Positions 1 to 10,049 of a DNA stretch of 56,553 nucleotides are shown in pieces. The notes below the pieces were generated by a model. The model did not search any database, was not told the origin of the DNA, and saw only the letters and a list, made by a program, of their open reading frames with translations. The stretch's first letter is position 1; each line of letters starts with the position of its first letter. The position numbers were made by a program, and so were the translations under genes. Source of the DNA: a virus (Duplodnaviria > Caudoviricetes). Location: positions 1-56,553 of IMG/VR virus record IMGVR_UViG_3300022074_000047; one strand, given 5' to 3'.

Positions 1-2
1 TT

Positions 3-131
3 TCCATCTTTATAACGCTTAATAATTCAAACGCATTGATGTCTGTCCCTATGGATGAGGGTAATTCAGACTATCAAGAGATACTTAAACAAGTAAAGGA
101 AGGCACACTGACCATCAAGGACGCTGACTAA
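3..131 (+). CDS. C-terminal fragment of a small tail-fibre-associated protein (5' end outside window)
   Basis: Open frame SIFITLNNSNALMSVPMDEGNSDYQEILKQVKEGTLTIKDAD*; stop TAA overlaps next ATG (TAATG); VP.D..N.DY motif typical of small fibre-associated proteins. Confidence 0.6.
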   Translation, partial: SIFITLNNSNALMSVPMDEGNSDYQEILKQVKEGTLTIKDAD

Positions 132-487
132 TGCTTGGCTTTAGCTCCATATCAGAGGTAGCGTTTGCACAGCTACCGGGAGCTTTTGTTCCCTTATCAG
201 GAGTAAACGGAACATCAGCGGTAGGATCTGTTACAACAATAGGGGTAGGCGCAGTAGATGTTACAGGGTTAGCCGGTACAACAGGGTTGGGATCAATCTC
301 TGTGACAGGGGCGGCCAATGTGACATTAACAGGAATTTCTGCTACACTTTCTTTAACAAGTGTTATAGTATGGGGTAAAGTAATTCCTGCTCCGGGAACG
401 TCTTACACGGCTATAACGCCATCGAGCAGCCCAACATGGTCCGAAAAAACCACAGGCGTCTCGCAGACTTGGACAGAAGTAGCATAA
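131..487 (+). CDS. virion structural protein (G/S/T/V-rich)
   Basis: 118 aa beta-rich low-complexity composition, tail module context. Confidence 0.6.
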   Translation: MLGFSSISEVAFAQLPGAFVPLSGVNGTSAVGSVTTIGVGAVDVTGLAGTTGLGSISVTGAANVTLTGISATLSLTSVIVWGKVIPAPGTSYTAITPSSSPTWSEKTTGVSQTWTEVA

Positions 488-497
488 GAGGTAAGAT

Positions 498-1736
498 ATG
501 GGATCAACATACACAGATAATGGTGGCATAGAAAAGATCGGTCTTGGTGAACAAGCCGGTGCTTGGGGCACCACAACAAATAATAACTTTGATATTGTAG
601 ACAGACTTATAAACGGTGTGGGCACTATAACCCTGTCTGGTACAACACATACTTTAACCACGAGTGACGGTAGCTTGTCGGATGGTATGTTTAAGGTTTT
701 GGTATTAGCCGGATCGCCCTCTGGCACAAACACAATTACTATTAGCCCAAACAATGCAGACAAACTCTATTTTGTTAAGAACGGCACAAGTCAAACGGCG
801 ACTTTTACGCAAGGATCAGGCGCTGACGTTAGTGTGGCCGCGGGTAAGGGCGCTATTGTTTTCGCAGATGGTGCAGGTTCTGGAGCTGCCGTAACAGACC
901 TAACCGCTTTATTTGTAAACAGTCAGGCTATAGATGGTGCCGTGATTGGGGGTACAACACCGGCCGCAGGTACATTTACCACTGTAACAGCAAACACCTC
1001 TATTTTACCGGATACCTCTGGAGGTGCCGATATTGGATCTACCTCCGCAGAGTTTGGTGACATCTATATTGCTGACGATAAAAAAATACATTTCGGTAAC
1101 GATCAAGACGCTACTATTGAGTATGACGAGGATGGCACAGATAAGCTTGTTGTTACAGGTAGTGTAACGTTTGCCGATGGCTCTACTGATGTGGACATTG
1201 CCTCCCATGATACCTCAAATGGGTTGAAGCTTGGAGGCACATTGGTTACAGCCACCGCTGCTGAATTAAATATTATGGACGGTGTTACAGCCACGAAAGA
1301 TGAATTGAATCTTATGGATGGTGTTACGGCTACTACCGCCGAGTTAAATCACACCGATGGTGTAACCAGTAATATACAGACACAATTAAATGCAAGGTTG
1401 ACCTCGGTAGGAGCAACAGATCCTATAGAGTCTTCGGGAGGTACTACACCGACTATTTCTATAAAGAATGACTTTCTACAAAACTCGTCATCCGCAATAT
1501 CCTCTAGCACTGCCACAAGTTTTACGGCGAGCACCTACCCCACATTTATTTCGGGTAGAACTACAAGTTCCGGTGGGGGCGACTTTACCGTCACTATTGG
1601 AGGTTCCGCACACACTTTAAGTATGCGCGATGGTGATGGTGGCACCTTTGATGTTTTCGCTACTTTATTGCCCGCAGGTGCTACTATATCCGGCAATCAG
1701 TTTACTTACGTAGCTGTTCAACTAAGGCCCGGCTGA
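498..1736 (+). CDS. tail fibre/tail appendage protein
   Basis: 412 aa, G/T/S/A-rich, IGGTTPAAGTFTT and TATxAELNxxDGV fibre repeats; SD GAGG upstream. Confidence 0.7.
   Translation: MGSTYTDNGGIEKIGLGEQAGAWGTTTNNNFDIVDRLINGVGTITLSGTTHTLTTSDGSLSDGMFKVLVLAGSPSGTNTITISPNNADKLYFVKNGTSQTATFTQGSGADVSVAAGKGAIVFADGAGSGAAVTDLTALFVNSQAIDGAVIGGTTPAAGTFTTVTANTSILPDTSGGADIGSTSAEFGDIYIADDKKIHFGNDQDATIEYDEDGTDKLVVTGSVTFADGSTDVDIASHDTSNGLKLGGTLVTATAAELNIMDGVTATKDELNLMDGVTATTAELNHTDGVTSNIQTQLNARLTSVGATDPIESSGGTTPTISIKNDFLQNSSSAISSSTATSFTASTYPTFISGRTTSSGGGDFTVTIGGSAHTLSMRDGDGGTFDVFATLLPAGATISGNQFTYVAVQLRPG
1245..1361 (+). repeat. three tandem 39-bp (13-aa) coding repeats VTATxxELNxxDG
   Basis: Units start at 1245, 1284, 1323; related ELNLLDG units occur in 49406..50857. 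Confidence 0.85.
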
Positions 1737-4072
1737 TGCCCTTAACTGCGCTTAAATTTAAACCCGGTATCAATAGAGAATCAACGTCATATTCTAATGA
1801 GGGCGGTTGGTTTAATGGCGATAAGATACGTTTTCGGTTTGGTAATGTAGAAAAGATAGGCGGGTGGTCCACGTACAGTGACAACACGTTTTTAGGCACC
1901 TGTCGTGCATTGTTTAGTTGGGTGGCTTTGGATGCTACAAAATATCTAGGTATAGGCACAAATCTTAAATATTATATAGCCGATGGTGGTCAGTATAACG
2001 ATATCACACCTGTGCGTTCTACAACCGGTGCGGGGGATGTAACCTTTGCGGCAACAAATGGGAGTTCTGTTATTACGGTAACCGATGCGGCTCACGGCGC
2101 TAATCTAAATGATTTTGTTACGTTTTCTGCCGCTGCATCGTTGGGCGGTAATGTTACGGCAGCAATACTAAACGCTGAACATCAAATAACGGCTGTTACA
2201 AACAACAATATATACAGCATTACTGTAAGTGTTACAGCAAACGGATCGGACACAGGCAACGGTGGTAGCTCTACCGTAGGTGCCTATCAGGTAAACACGG
2301 GCCTCGATACAAACTTCTTTGGCACAGGTTGGGGTGCCGGTGTATGGAACGGTGTGGATACCAACGAGATTACAACAACTTTAAACGAAGATCTTGATGC
2401 GTCGGAAACAGGTGTAGATGTCACAAGTGCCACGGGTATGTCTACCTCTGACGTTATAGATGTTGGTGGCGAGCTCATGTTGATTAGTGGTATTTCGACC
2501 AACACACTTACCGTTACACGAGCTCATGGCGGTACAACTGCGGCGGTTCATTCTGACGGGGAGCTTGTACGCTTAGTTTTGGGCAACGCAACAACAGCCG
2601 ACGACACGGTAACTTTGATAAACGATGGTAGCGGCTTATCAGCAACAGCTACGACGGTGACGGTAGACTCCGCGGCAAACTTTACGGCCACCGGTTATAT
2701 CAAGATAAATGACGAGATTATTGAATACACAGGCAAGACCTCTACCACCTTTACGGGGTTGATACGGGGCTCGCTTAGTACAACAGCCGCAGCACACGTG
2801 GACAATGATGCTGTAATAGAAGCCGCTTTTGGTTGGGGTATGCCGGCAGAAGGCACAGTATCGGGGGCGGTGTTAACAAATTGGACGCACGATAACTTTG
2901 GTGAGGACTTATTATTAAATATCAAAAACGGCGGTATATTCTATTGGGACAGAACAGCGGGTACCTCATCACGGGCCGTGGCCCTTTCTTCATTATCAGG
3001 GTCTAATCTAGCGCCAACGGTTGCCAAACAAATTATGGTATCGGACCAAGACCGTCATGTTATAGCCTTTGGTTGTGACGGCGAGACATCAATCGGGACA
3101 CAAGACCCTCTACTTATACGCTTTGGTTCACAAGAAAGCTTACTTGATTTTCAAACATCGCCGACAAATACAGCGGGAGAGCTTCGAATATCCACCGGTT
3201 CGGAGATTGTGGTGGCCATACAGACCAAGCAGCAAATACTGGTATTTACCGATGTATCCCTTCACGGTATGCAGTTCTTGGGGCCACCCTTTACCTTTGG
3301 TCTGACCGAGATATCACGAAATATTACAATAGCCAGTCCAAACGCAGCGGTTGCTGTGAATGACTTTGTATTCTGGATGGGATCAAAAGAGTTCTATGTA
3401 TACGGCGGTACCGTGCAACGCCTACCCTGCACCGTGTTGGATTATGTGTTTAGTGATTTTAACCGGGACCAGATAGGTAAGGTATATTCGGGGCACAACA
3501 GTTCTTATGGTGAGGTATGGTGGTTTTATCCATCGAAGAGCAGCAACACAAATGACAGATATGTAATATATAATTATCAGGAGAAGCTCTGGTACTTTGG
3601 CACATTAAACCGCACCGCATGGGTGGATCGCGGTATTAATCAGTATCCGATAGCCGCGAGCACTGACAATAAATTATATTACCACGAGTTTGGGCAGGAT
3701 GACGGTAGCACTAATCCTCCTTCTGCTATATCGGCCAATGTAGAATCCAGTCAAATGGACATTGGTGACGGCGAAAAATTTACACTAGTTCGTCGTGTTC
3801 TGCCTGATATCACGTTTAGAGACAGCACAAATGAGACACCGCGTGTCAATATGGTTGTAAAAACCCGTAATTTTCCGGGGGTCACGTTTAACGAAACAGC
3901 CAGTAATCAAGTAGCGCAGTCTGTATCATCACCTGTCGAGCTCTTTACCGAGCAGCTTCATGTACGGTTACGCGGTCGTTCTTTTGCTTTTCGTGTTGAA
4001 AGTGACGTTACCGGTGTTATGTGGAGACTAGGCACACCAAGACTTGATGTAAGACCAGATGGACGTAGATAA
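1736..4072 (+). CDS. tail nozzle/tubular protein (P22 gp10/T7 gp12-like) with inserted beta-rich repeat domains
   Basis: 778 aa; propeller-like C-terminal half (VFWMG..FYVY.G.V..LPC.V, EVWWFYPS, YVIYNY..W); two RxxxxTTAAxH repeats; lies just before ejection genes. Confidence 0.7.
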   Translation: MPLTALKFKPGINRESTSYSNEGGWFNGDKIRFRFGNVEKIGGWSTYSDNTFLGTCRALFSWVALDATKYLGIGTNLKYYIADGGQYNDITPVRSTTGAGDVTFAATNGSSVITVTDAAHGANLNDFVTFSAAASLGGNVTAAILNAEHQITAVTNNNIYSITVSVTANGSDTGNGGSSTVGAYQVNTGLDTNFFGTGWGAGVWNGVDTNEITTTLNEDLDASETGVDVTSATGMSTSDVIDVGGELMLISGISTNTLTVTRAHGGTTAAVHSDGELVRLVLGNATTADDTVTLINDGSGLSATATTVTVDSAANFTATGYIKINDEIIEYTGKTSTTFTGLIRGSLSTTAAAHVDNDAVIEAAFGWGMPAEGTVSGAVLTNWTHDNFGEDLLLNIKNGGIFYWDRTAGTSSRAVALSSLSGSNLAPTVAKQIMVSDQDRHVIAFGCDGETSIGTQDPLLIRFGSQESLLDFQTSPTNTAGELRISTGSEIVVAIQTKQQILVFTDVSLHGMQFLGPPFTFGLTEISRNITIASPNAAVAVNDFVFWMGSKEFYVYGGTVQRLPCTVLDYVFSDFNRDQIGKVYSGHNSSYGEVWWFYPSKSSNTNDRYVIYNYQEKLWYFGTLNRTAWVDRGINQYPIAASTDNKLYYHEFGQDDGSTNPPSAISANVESSQMDIGDGEKFTLVRRVLPDITFRDSTNETPRVNMVVKTRNFPGVTFNETASNQVAQSVSSPVELFTEQLHVRLRGRSFAFRVESDVTGVMWRLGTPRLDVRPDGRR

Positions 4073-4374
4073 TGAGCACACGTAATATACCCGCACCGTT
4101 TTTTCCTTATCCACCACAACAATACGATGCGAATTACTTTTCGGATATAGTAAGATCTTTTGCTTTGTTTGTTGAGCAACAGCGCAATCCCGGCGAATCA
4201 CGGGCCACGAAACTGACCTTTACTAATTTACCGTCGGGCCATGACAAAGATTTAGAGAACGGCGCCTTGTTTGAAGTTGACGGATTTGTTAAGATAAGTA
4301 AGGTAGACCGACCACATTGCGCTAGTAATTCAGCGACAAGTGGGTTAGGATCAGTTACGGTAACCATAGGATAG
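4072..4374 (+). CDS. conserved hypothetical tail-associated protein
   Basis: 100 aa, TAATG-coupled to the nozzle gene. Confidence 0.6.
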   Translation: MSTRNIPAPFFPYPPQQYDANYFSDIVRSFALFVEQQRNPGESRATKLTFTNLPSGHDKDLENGALFEVDGFVKISKVDRPHCASNSATSGLGSVTVTIG

Positions 4375-4376
4375 AC

Positions 4377-5816
4377 ATGGCTGAAGCACTTAAAACCTTT
4401 TCATTTCCAGTCGGCGGTATCGCTGACTTCTATCTGGAAGACCACGAAAAAGAAGCTTTATATAAAGAGAAGGCCCAAGAAAACTTTGGCTCGGACGGCT
4501 TAGGCGCTATCCAAGATGTTGCAGTGCGCATGGCCTCCTACGGCCGCTACGGTGATGACAAGCTCGTTCATGCTGAAACAGGCGAGCTTGTTGTCCCGAA
4601 GGCACTTATAGATAAAAATCCAAAACTAAAAGACTCTATCTTTAATCACCTTAAAGATATGGGTATCGAAGACCCAGAAAGATATGTAGTGGGCACTAAT
4701 TCCAACTCTATAAACCCTGAGACGGGTTTACCTGAGTTTTTTCTAAAGGATATATTTGATAAGGTCGGCGATGTCATACGTAAAGTAGCCAAGCCTGTAT
4801 TGACGATAGCCGGTGCTTACTTTCTTGGTCCTGTTTATGGGTCTGCAATCGGCGCAGGTATTGGCGGTTTAATACAAGGTGAAAGTTTAGAAGAGGCTTT
4901 TGGTAGTGCTCTTACTGCCGGTGCGGTAGGCGGAGCAGGGTCGTTCCTAGCCGGAGGAGCGGAAGGTGCAAAAGCAGCATTCACAACAAATCCTTTTGGC
5001 GATCAAACAAAACTCGCTCAGATATTATCGCCGCCAAAAACGATGACAGATGTTACGGGAGCAACAAAAGTCAATGTTCCTACTAAAAAACCTACTGTTT
5101 TAGACCAAGTAAAAGCTGATGCAAAAATAACACAACAAGCAGATTCGGGTATATCTGACTTGATGAAAGATCCACGCTTTACAAATCCAACTACAGGAGA
5201 AAATATACCCGTTCAACAAACAGGGTTTGTGGAAAATTTAAAACAAGGTAACCTTCAAGAAGCTTTTTTTCCTTCAAAACAAGTTTCTGCACTTGACGTT
5301 ATGAATCAAAACCCCGGCATGAAAATAGAGGAGGCTACAAAACTTGCAAACGCTGCTAACACAAGAGGGTTTTTAAGTAGCAATGTCGGTAATATAGCGG
5401 CAGGGACTACCTTAGCCGCAGCAGGTGGTTTCTTTGATGCGCCTGAAGTAGATGAGCTTGAGGATTTTAAAACAGGTCAGGATCTTATAGATAAAAACAG
5501 AGGTAAGTATATCGTGCAGGGCACCGATATTGTAGGCGCACAACCCCCGTTCATGGTCCCGACACGATTTGGGTTTAGCCCGAGCCCACCAGTGCAGTAT
5601 GCGGCTGAGGGAGGAGAGGCTTTTCCACGACGCAACGGTGGCATAGGTATGGACGAAGGAACGCAGGGTAAAGACAGTGTAAGAGCCATGTTAATGCCCG
5701 GTGAGTTTGTAATGACAACGGATGCGGTAAACGGTGCCGGTGGCGGTAATAATGAAAAAGGTATACAAAATATGTATGCGATGATGCGTAACTTTGAAGC
5801 AAAGGCGAGGGCGTAA
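4377..5816 (+). CDS. internal virion/ejection protein
   Basis: 479 aa; two related motifs GDDKLVHAETGELVV and GKDSVRAMLMPGEFVM; glycine-zipper hydrophobic segment. Confidence 0.65.
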   Translation: MAEALKTFSFPVGGIADFYLEDHEKEALYKEKAQENFGSDGLGAIQDVAVRMASYGRYGDDKLVHAETGELVVPKALIDKNPKLKDSIFNHLKDMGIEDPERYVVGTNSNSINPETGLPEFFLKDIFDKVGDVIRKVAKPVLTIAGAYFLGPVYGSAIGAGIGGLIQGESLEEAFGSALTAGAVGGAGSFLAGGAEGAKAAFTTNPFGDQTKLAQILSPPKTMTDVTGATKVNVPTKKPTVLDQVKADAKITQQADSGISDLMKDPRFTNPTTGENIPVQQTGFVENLKQGNLQEAFFPSKQVSALDVMNQNPGMKIEEATKLANAANTRGFLSSNVGNIAAGTTLAAAGGFFDAPEVDELEDFKTGQDLIDKNRGKYIVQGTDIVGAQPPFMVPTRFGFSPSPPVQYAAEGGEAFPRRNGGIGMDEGTQGKDSVRAMLMPGEFVMTTDAVNGAGGGNNEKGIQNMYAMMRNFEAKARA

Positions 5817-6757
5817 TGGCGACTGAAACACAAACCCAGATTGCGAGAGAGGCCCCAGAAATAGAGGCCTATAAACTTGGTTTACTTGAAAGCGCAAAGA
5901 AACTAGCGGATCAAAGAATAACAGTGCCTAAACAGATGGTTGCGGGTATGTCCGGTCTACAGGACGCCGCGCTAACTGCCGCCTCACCGGCAAGCGGTGG
6001 TATTGGTGGCTATCAACAGTTTATTCAAGGCGCAAAAACAACCATGGACCAAGTACCGGGAATGGTGACAAGTGCTGTAGGTGATGCCGGCACTATGTAT
6101 AGAACAGGGGCCAGTGGTGTAACGGGCGATCAAATGTCTCAGTACATGAACCCTTACCAACAAGCTGTTTTTGATGAGATAAACCGGTCTTTTGATACAC
6201 AATCCGCGCAAGCCGGACTACAGGCCGCGCAAGCCGGTGCGTTTGGGGGCAGTCGAGCAGGCATCCAACAGACCGAAATAGGTAGAAACCGAGCGCAGGC
6301 GTTGGCACAAGCGCAAGCTCAAAACTTTTTACAGGCGCAACAGGCGTCAGAGCGTGAGAGAGCTAGGCAGCTACAGGCCGCACAGGGTATTGGTGCGTTA
6401 GGGCTACAAGGCGCAAGCACTCTTGGACAGCTTGGGGTACAAAGAGCCGGAATCGGTGAGTTAGCACAGCAAAGTGCGTTGAGAGATATACAAACACAGT
6501 TTCAACTTGGTAAACAGCAACAGTTGCAGCAACAGGCTGAGTTGGAAGCAAAGCGTAAGAGCGATATGGCACAGCTTTATGAGCCCTATCAACGTCTTGG
6601 TTTCTTGTCTGATATATACAAAGGGGCTCCAACATCACAAATGACACTATCTCAGGTACAACGTCCCGATGTATCTCCGGCGCAACAGTTGTTTGGTCTG
6701 GGTGTAGCAGGATTGTCCGCGTATGGCGGGGCTAAACAGGCGGGGTTATTCGGATGA
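5816..6757 (+). CDS. DNA transfer/pilot protein (Q/A-rich)
   Basis: 313 aa; YMNPYQQAV, GAFGGSR motifs; hydrophobic C-terminal tail. Confidence 0.65.
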   Translation: MATETQTQIAREAPEIEAYKLGLLESAKKLADQRITVPKQMVAGMSGLQDAALTAASPASGGIGGYQQFIQGAKTTMDQVPGMVTSAVGDAGTMYRTGASGVTGDQMSQYMNPYQQAVFDEINRSFDTQSAQAGLQAAQAGAFGGSRAGIQQTEIGRNRAQALAQAQAQNFLQAQQASERERARQLQAAQGIGALGLQGASTLGQLGVQRAGIGELAQQSALRDIQTQFQLGKQQQLQQQAELEAKRKSDMAQLYEPYQRLGFLSDIYKGAPTSQMTLSQVQRPDVSPAQQLFGLGVAGLSAYGGAKQAGLFG

Positions 6758-9700
6758 GCTCTCCTCCACCAATATTTATGGGCGATATGGACCAGTATAT
6801 GCGCGATAAAGCAAGCTACGAACTTGCTCAAGAACGGCATAGAAATTCCTTACCCTCCTTGGACACCCTTGGGAGTTTCTTTGGAAGAGAAAGACAACCT
6901 ATGGTAGCCACCCCTGCGGTAAACGATATGAGGATGGACGGAATTGGTATGATGCAGGCAGGGCAATCAGGTCCGTTGTCCGGGTTGGGTCAATATTTAA
7001 ACCAAGAGTTAGCACAAGAAAACCAAGGTGAGGTGAACGAATTTATAGGAGAGGTAGGCGATATGGCAAATCAACGATTTGGAGTGGATCTTGGCTCTGT
7101 GGGCCAACGTCCGATGTTTGATGTGGGCAGGCCCGTACAAGCTTATGCAGACGGAGGCGCAGCGTTTCCTGATCTTAGCGGTGACGGCAAGATAACCCAA
7201 AAAGATATACTAATGGGACGCGGTGTAATAGAGAAACAATACGGTGGACCAATAGGTATGGCCCAAGGTGGTGATATATTTGAGGCCGTGACAGGTATAC
7301 CTTTTTCTTCTTTAAATAACTTGCCTCCTGCACAAAGAGAGATCGCTCTACAAAAGTTTGAACAGTATCAGCTTTCTCAAGAAACAGAAAGAGCTATGCA
7401 ACAAGCACAAGCTCTTCAAAAAAACGTAGAGGGTAGAGGAGCACAGTTAGAAGGTCTAAATGAACAAATGCGGTTTTTGGATAGAGGTGTTCAAGATCTA
7501 CAAAACTTTCAAGAAGGGGGAATGGCTATGCCAATGCCGCCACAAGCGCCTCCGATGCCAATGCCTGCACCAGAACAAGCTCCCATGCCTATGGAAGCCC
7601 CACAAGATCAGCTTGATCCAAATGTTGTGCAGAGCGCTCTAGCACAGGCCGCCGGTGGTATAGGAGACTTAGATCAGGCACAGAACTACGAACAGGTTAT
7701 GAACACCATGCGTGGCGATCAGGCCACCCTTGAAGAAAGACGGCAGGAACTAGCCGGAGTTGTCGGGGCGGGTGACGCGGGACAGACACCAGAGTCCGTG
7801 TTGACCTTAGTGCAGCCCGTTATGATGTTGGCAAATGTAGATCAAGGTATTGGTCAGCTTGCACAGCAAGAGATGACGCAACCCATGGAGGGGCCGATGG
7901 CCGGGGGCATAATGTCCACGGTTCCCGAACCGCCGATGACGGAGGCCGGCGGGACTGCTCCCGTAAATTTTAACAAAGGCGGTGAAGTCCGCCCGATACA
8001 ATACCTTGCACCCGGTGGGGTTGCAGGGAATAAACCCTTTGCGAGTCTCAAAGGACAACCCATATCGCCCTTTATTCAGCAAGCTATGGCAGTAAGACAG
8101 CCTTTGTTAAGTGATCCTGCTTCCTTACAACGCCAGAAAGATTTAACTAAAGCACAAATATTATTTGACATTGCAAACACAGCTTTAGCTTTTGCTGCAC
8201 CTATGGAGGGAGAAAGACCCGGGTTGAGTCCGGCGGAAAGATTAGCTATGGCGGCTCGATCAACAAAACTTCCTCAAACTATTGGAGCCCGCGCGCAGGC
8301 TTTAGGCGATAAAGAGGCCGTGCAAGAAGCACAGGATAAGGCAATCATGGCTTCTGCTATAACCTCAGCAGAAACACGATTTGCAACTAAAGAGAAAGCG
8401 GATAGAGATGCTGCCGCTGCGACGGCAAAAGCAGCAGCGGATGCAAAAAAATTAGAAGAAGAAAATGCATTTAAATTAGCTTTTCTCAGAGAAGAAACAG
8501 AACTAGAGAGTAAAAAGAATTTAAAGCTTCAGGCAAATAAGTATGAATTGATTGCTAAAAATGATGTTTTAAATAATCAAATTAAGATTAAGCTTCAAGA
8601 CATGAAAAATGTGCAAAGCGAATCAAATATTAAACTTAAAGGTACATTAGAAGAGGAGTTAGCTAAAAATAATGCGGAAAGAGAAAAAGCTAAAATAGCT
8701 ATCTTAAATGACAATAAAAATGCCCTGTTATCAAAGGAGTTTGAACTTAAAGAAGCGCTTAAGACGGTTACTATAGGTCTTGAAAAAGACGCAAGCCTAG
8801 AATTACAGAATGCAAAATTTGCGCTTGACAAGAAGATAATTAATATTCGTGCTGATATAAAATTAAATGAGTTGGGTTTTAATGCAGAGTTAAATGAAAA
8901 ATCAGACTTAGCAAACCATGAGCGAACGTTACAACGTGATGCGATCAATAATAATTTAAAATCTGAAATAGAAAGTAATAGGCTTGCGCTTGAAAAAAAT
9001 AAATTAGAGCAGAAAACCGCTAATGATAAAGAGTTATTAGAGTTAAAGAAAAAAGAATCAGAGTTAGACGGAAAGAGATTTGAACTTGAAGCTGCGGCAA
9101 GTAAGATGCTTGATGTACCCGGAGAGGATGGAGCTTACGTAACATGGTTATCCAGTAACATAGGTCTAGCAGACGCTTACGCTAATGGCGATACAAACCG
9201 AACACAAAACAATACGATTGAATTAGTTCTTAATAACTTAACCGCCACAAAATCGTCTTGGAGCTCGGCTGACGGAAGTTTTGTAGACAGACCCGGAGGT
9301 CAAATTTCAGAAGATTGGCAAAATGCTATTAACGCAAGAAAAGCAAAGTTTGGAACAAGCCAAAGTTTGCCAAACTCTGCGCTTGAAAAAGAGGTGAATT
9401 TATTACCAAAAATCACGTTTACTGACGACGGTAAGCCCGATTATACAAAGTTTAAAGATAAAGATACCTTTATATTTAATGGAGAAGATTTATCCAAATC
9501 ATTTGGTTTTAATTCTGCTTTTACCCGATTTTTTAATAAAGTAGCCGGTCAAATTAAAGATATATCAGGGTATGGTAGTGGTTACGCCGGCCTTTCCGGT
9601 AAAAATTTATCAAATGCTGATCTAGCTTTGGATAGATTAGCAACAAAAATTATTGCAACCGCAAGAGATGAGTTGAACGGAAGAGTATTTGCCCTTGATC

Positions 9701-10044
9701 TAAATCTTCTACAACAAGATGTAGAAAAATTTACAGGCGCCGCCTTAAAATCAAGTGTGGGCGCCCGTGACGCTCTTATGGCTACAAGAAATAAAATTGC
9801 AATAAGTTATAACAAAGTGATTTCTATGATTAATAATCCAAAAGATTTTTTAAAACCGGATATTACAACAGCAAAACAAAGTAAAGCAGGACTAGAATCA
9901 ATATTAGGTGAACTAACCGGTGCTATAGCTTTATTTGAACGAGGCATAGACGGTAGTGCTGTGGGAGATGCTGAAACGCAAACTTTTCAACAACAACCTA
10001 CGGATAACCAAACTATTTATTTAGATGCAGATCGACCAAGGTAA
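6754..10044 (+). CDS. internal virion/ejection protein, low-complexity N-terminus plus long coiled coil
   Basis: 1096 aa; M/Q/P-rich N-terminal part with six xxxGG motifs and an EF-hand-like DLSGDGKITQKD; K/E/L heptads in the middle. Confidence 0.65.
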   Translation: MSSPPPIFMGDMDQYMRDKASYELAQERHRNSLPSLDTLGSFFGRERQPMVATPAVNDMRMDGIGMMQAGQSGPLSGLGQYLNQELAQENQGEVNEFIGEVGDMANQRFGVDLGSVGQRPMFDVGRPVQAYADGGAAFPDLSGDGKITQKDILMGRGVIEKQYGGPIGMAQGGDIFEAVTGIPFSSLNNLPPAQREIALQKFEQYQLSQETERAMQQAQALQKNVEGRGAQLEGLNEQMRFLDRGVQDLQNFQEGGMAMPMPPQAPPMPMPAPEQAPMPMEAPQDQLDPNVVQSALAQAAGGIGDLDQAQNYEQVMNTMRGDQATLEERRQELAGVVGAGDAGQTPESVLTLVQPVMMLANVDQGIGQLAQQEMTQPMEGPMAGGIMSTVPEPPMTEAGGTAPVNFNKGGEVRPIQYLAPGGVAGNKPFASLKGQPISPFIQQAMAVRQPLLSDPASLQRQKDLTKAQILFDIANTALAFAAPMEGERPGLSPAERLAMAARSTKLPQTIGARAQALGDKEAVQEAQDKAIMASAITSAETRFATKEKADRDAAAATAKAAADAKKLEEENAFKLAFLREETELESKKNLKLQANKYELIAKNDVLNNQIKIKLQDMKNVQSESNIKLKGTLEEELAKNNAEREKAKIAILNDNKNALLSKEFELKEALKTVTIGLEKDASLELQNAKFALDKKIINIRADIKLNELGFNAELNEKSDLANHERTLQRDAINNNLKSEIESNRLALEKNKLEQKTANDKELLELKKKESELDGKRFELEAAASKMLDVPGEDGAYVTWLSSNIGLADAYANGDTNRTQNNTIELVLNNLTATKSSWSSADGSFVDRPGGQISEDWQNAINARKAKFGTSQSLPNSALEKEVNLLPKITFTDDGKPDYTKFKDKDTFIFNGEDLSKSFGFNSAFTRFFNKVAGQIKDISGYGSGYAGLSGKNLSNADLALDRLATKIIATARDELNGRVFALDLNLLQQDVEKFTGAALKSSVGARDALMATRNKIAISYNKVISMINNPKDFLKPDITTAKQSKAGLESILGELTGAIALFERGIDGSAVGDAETQTFQQQPTDNQTIYLDADRPR

Positions 10045-10049
10045 TAATA

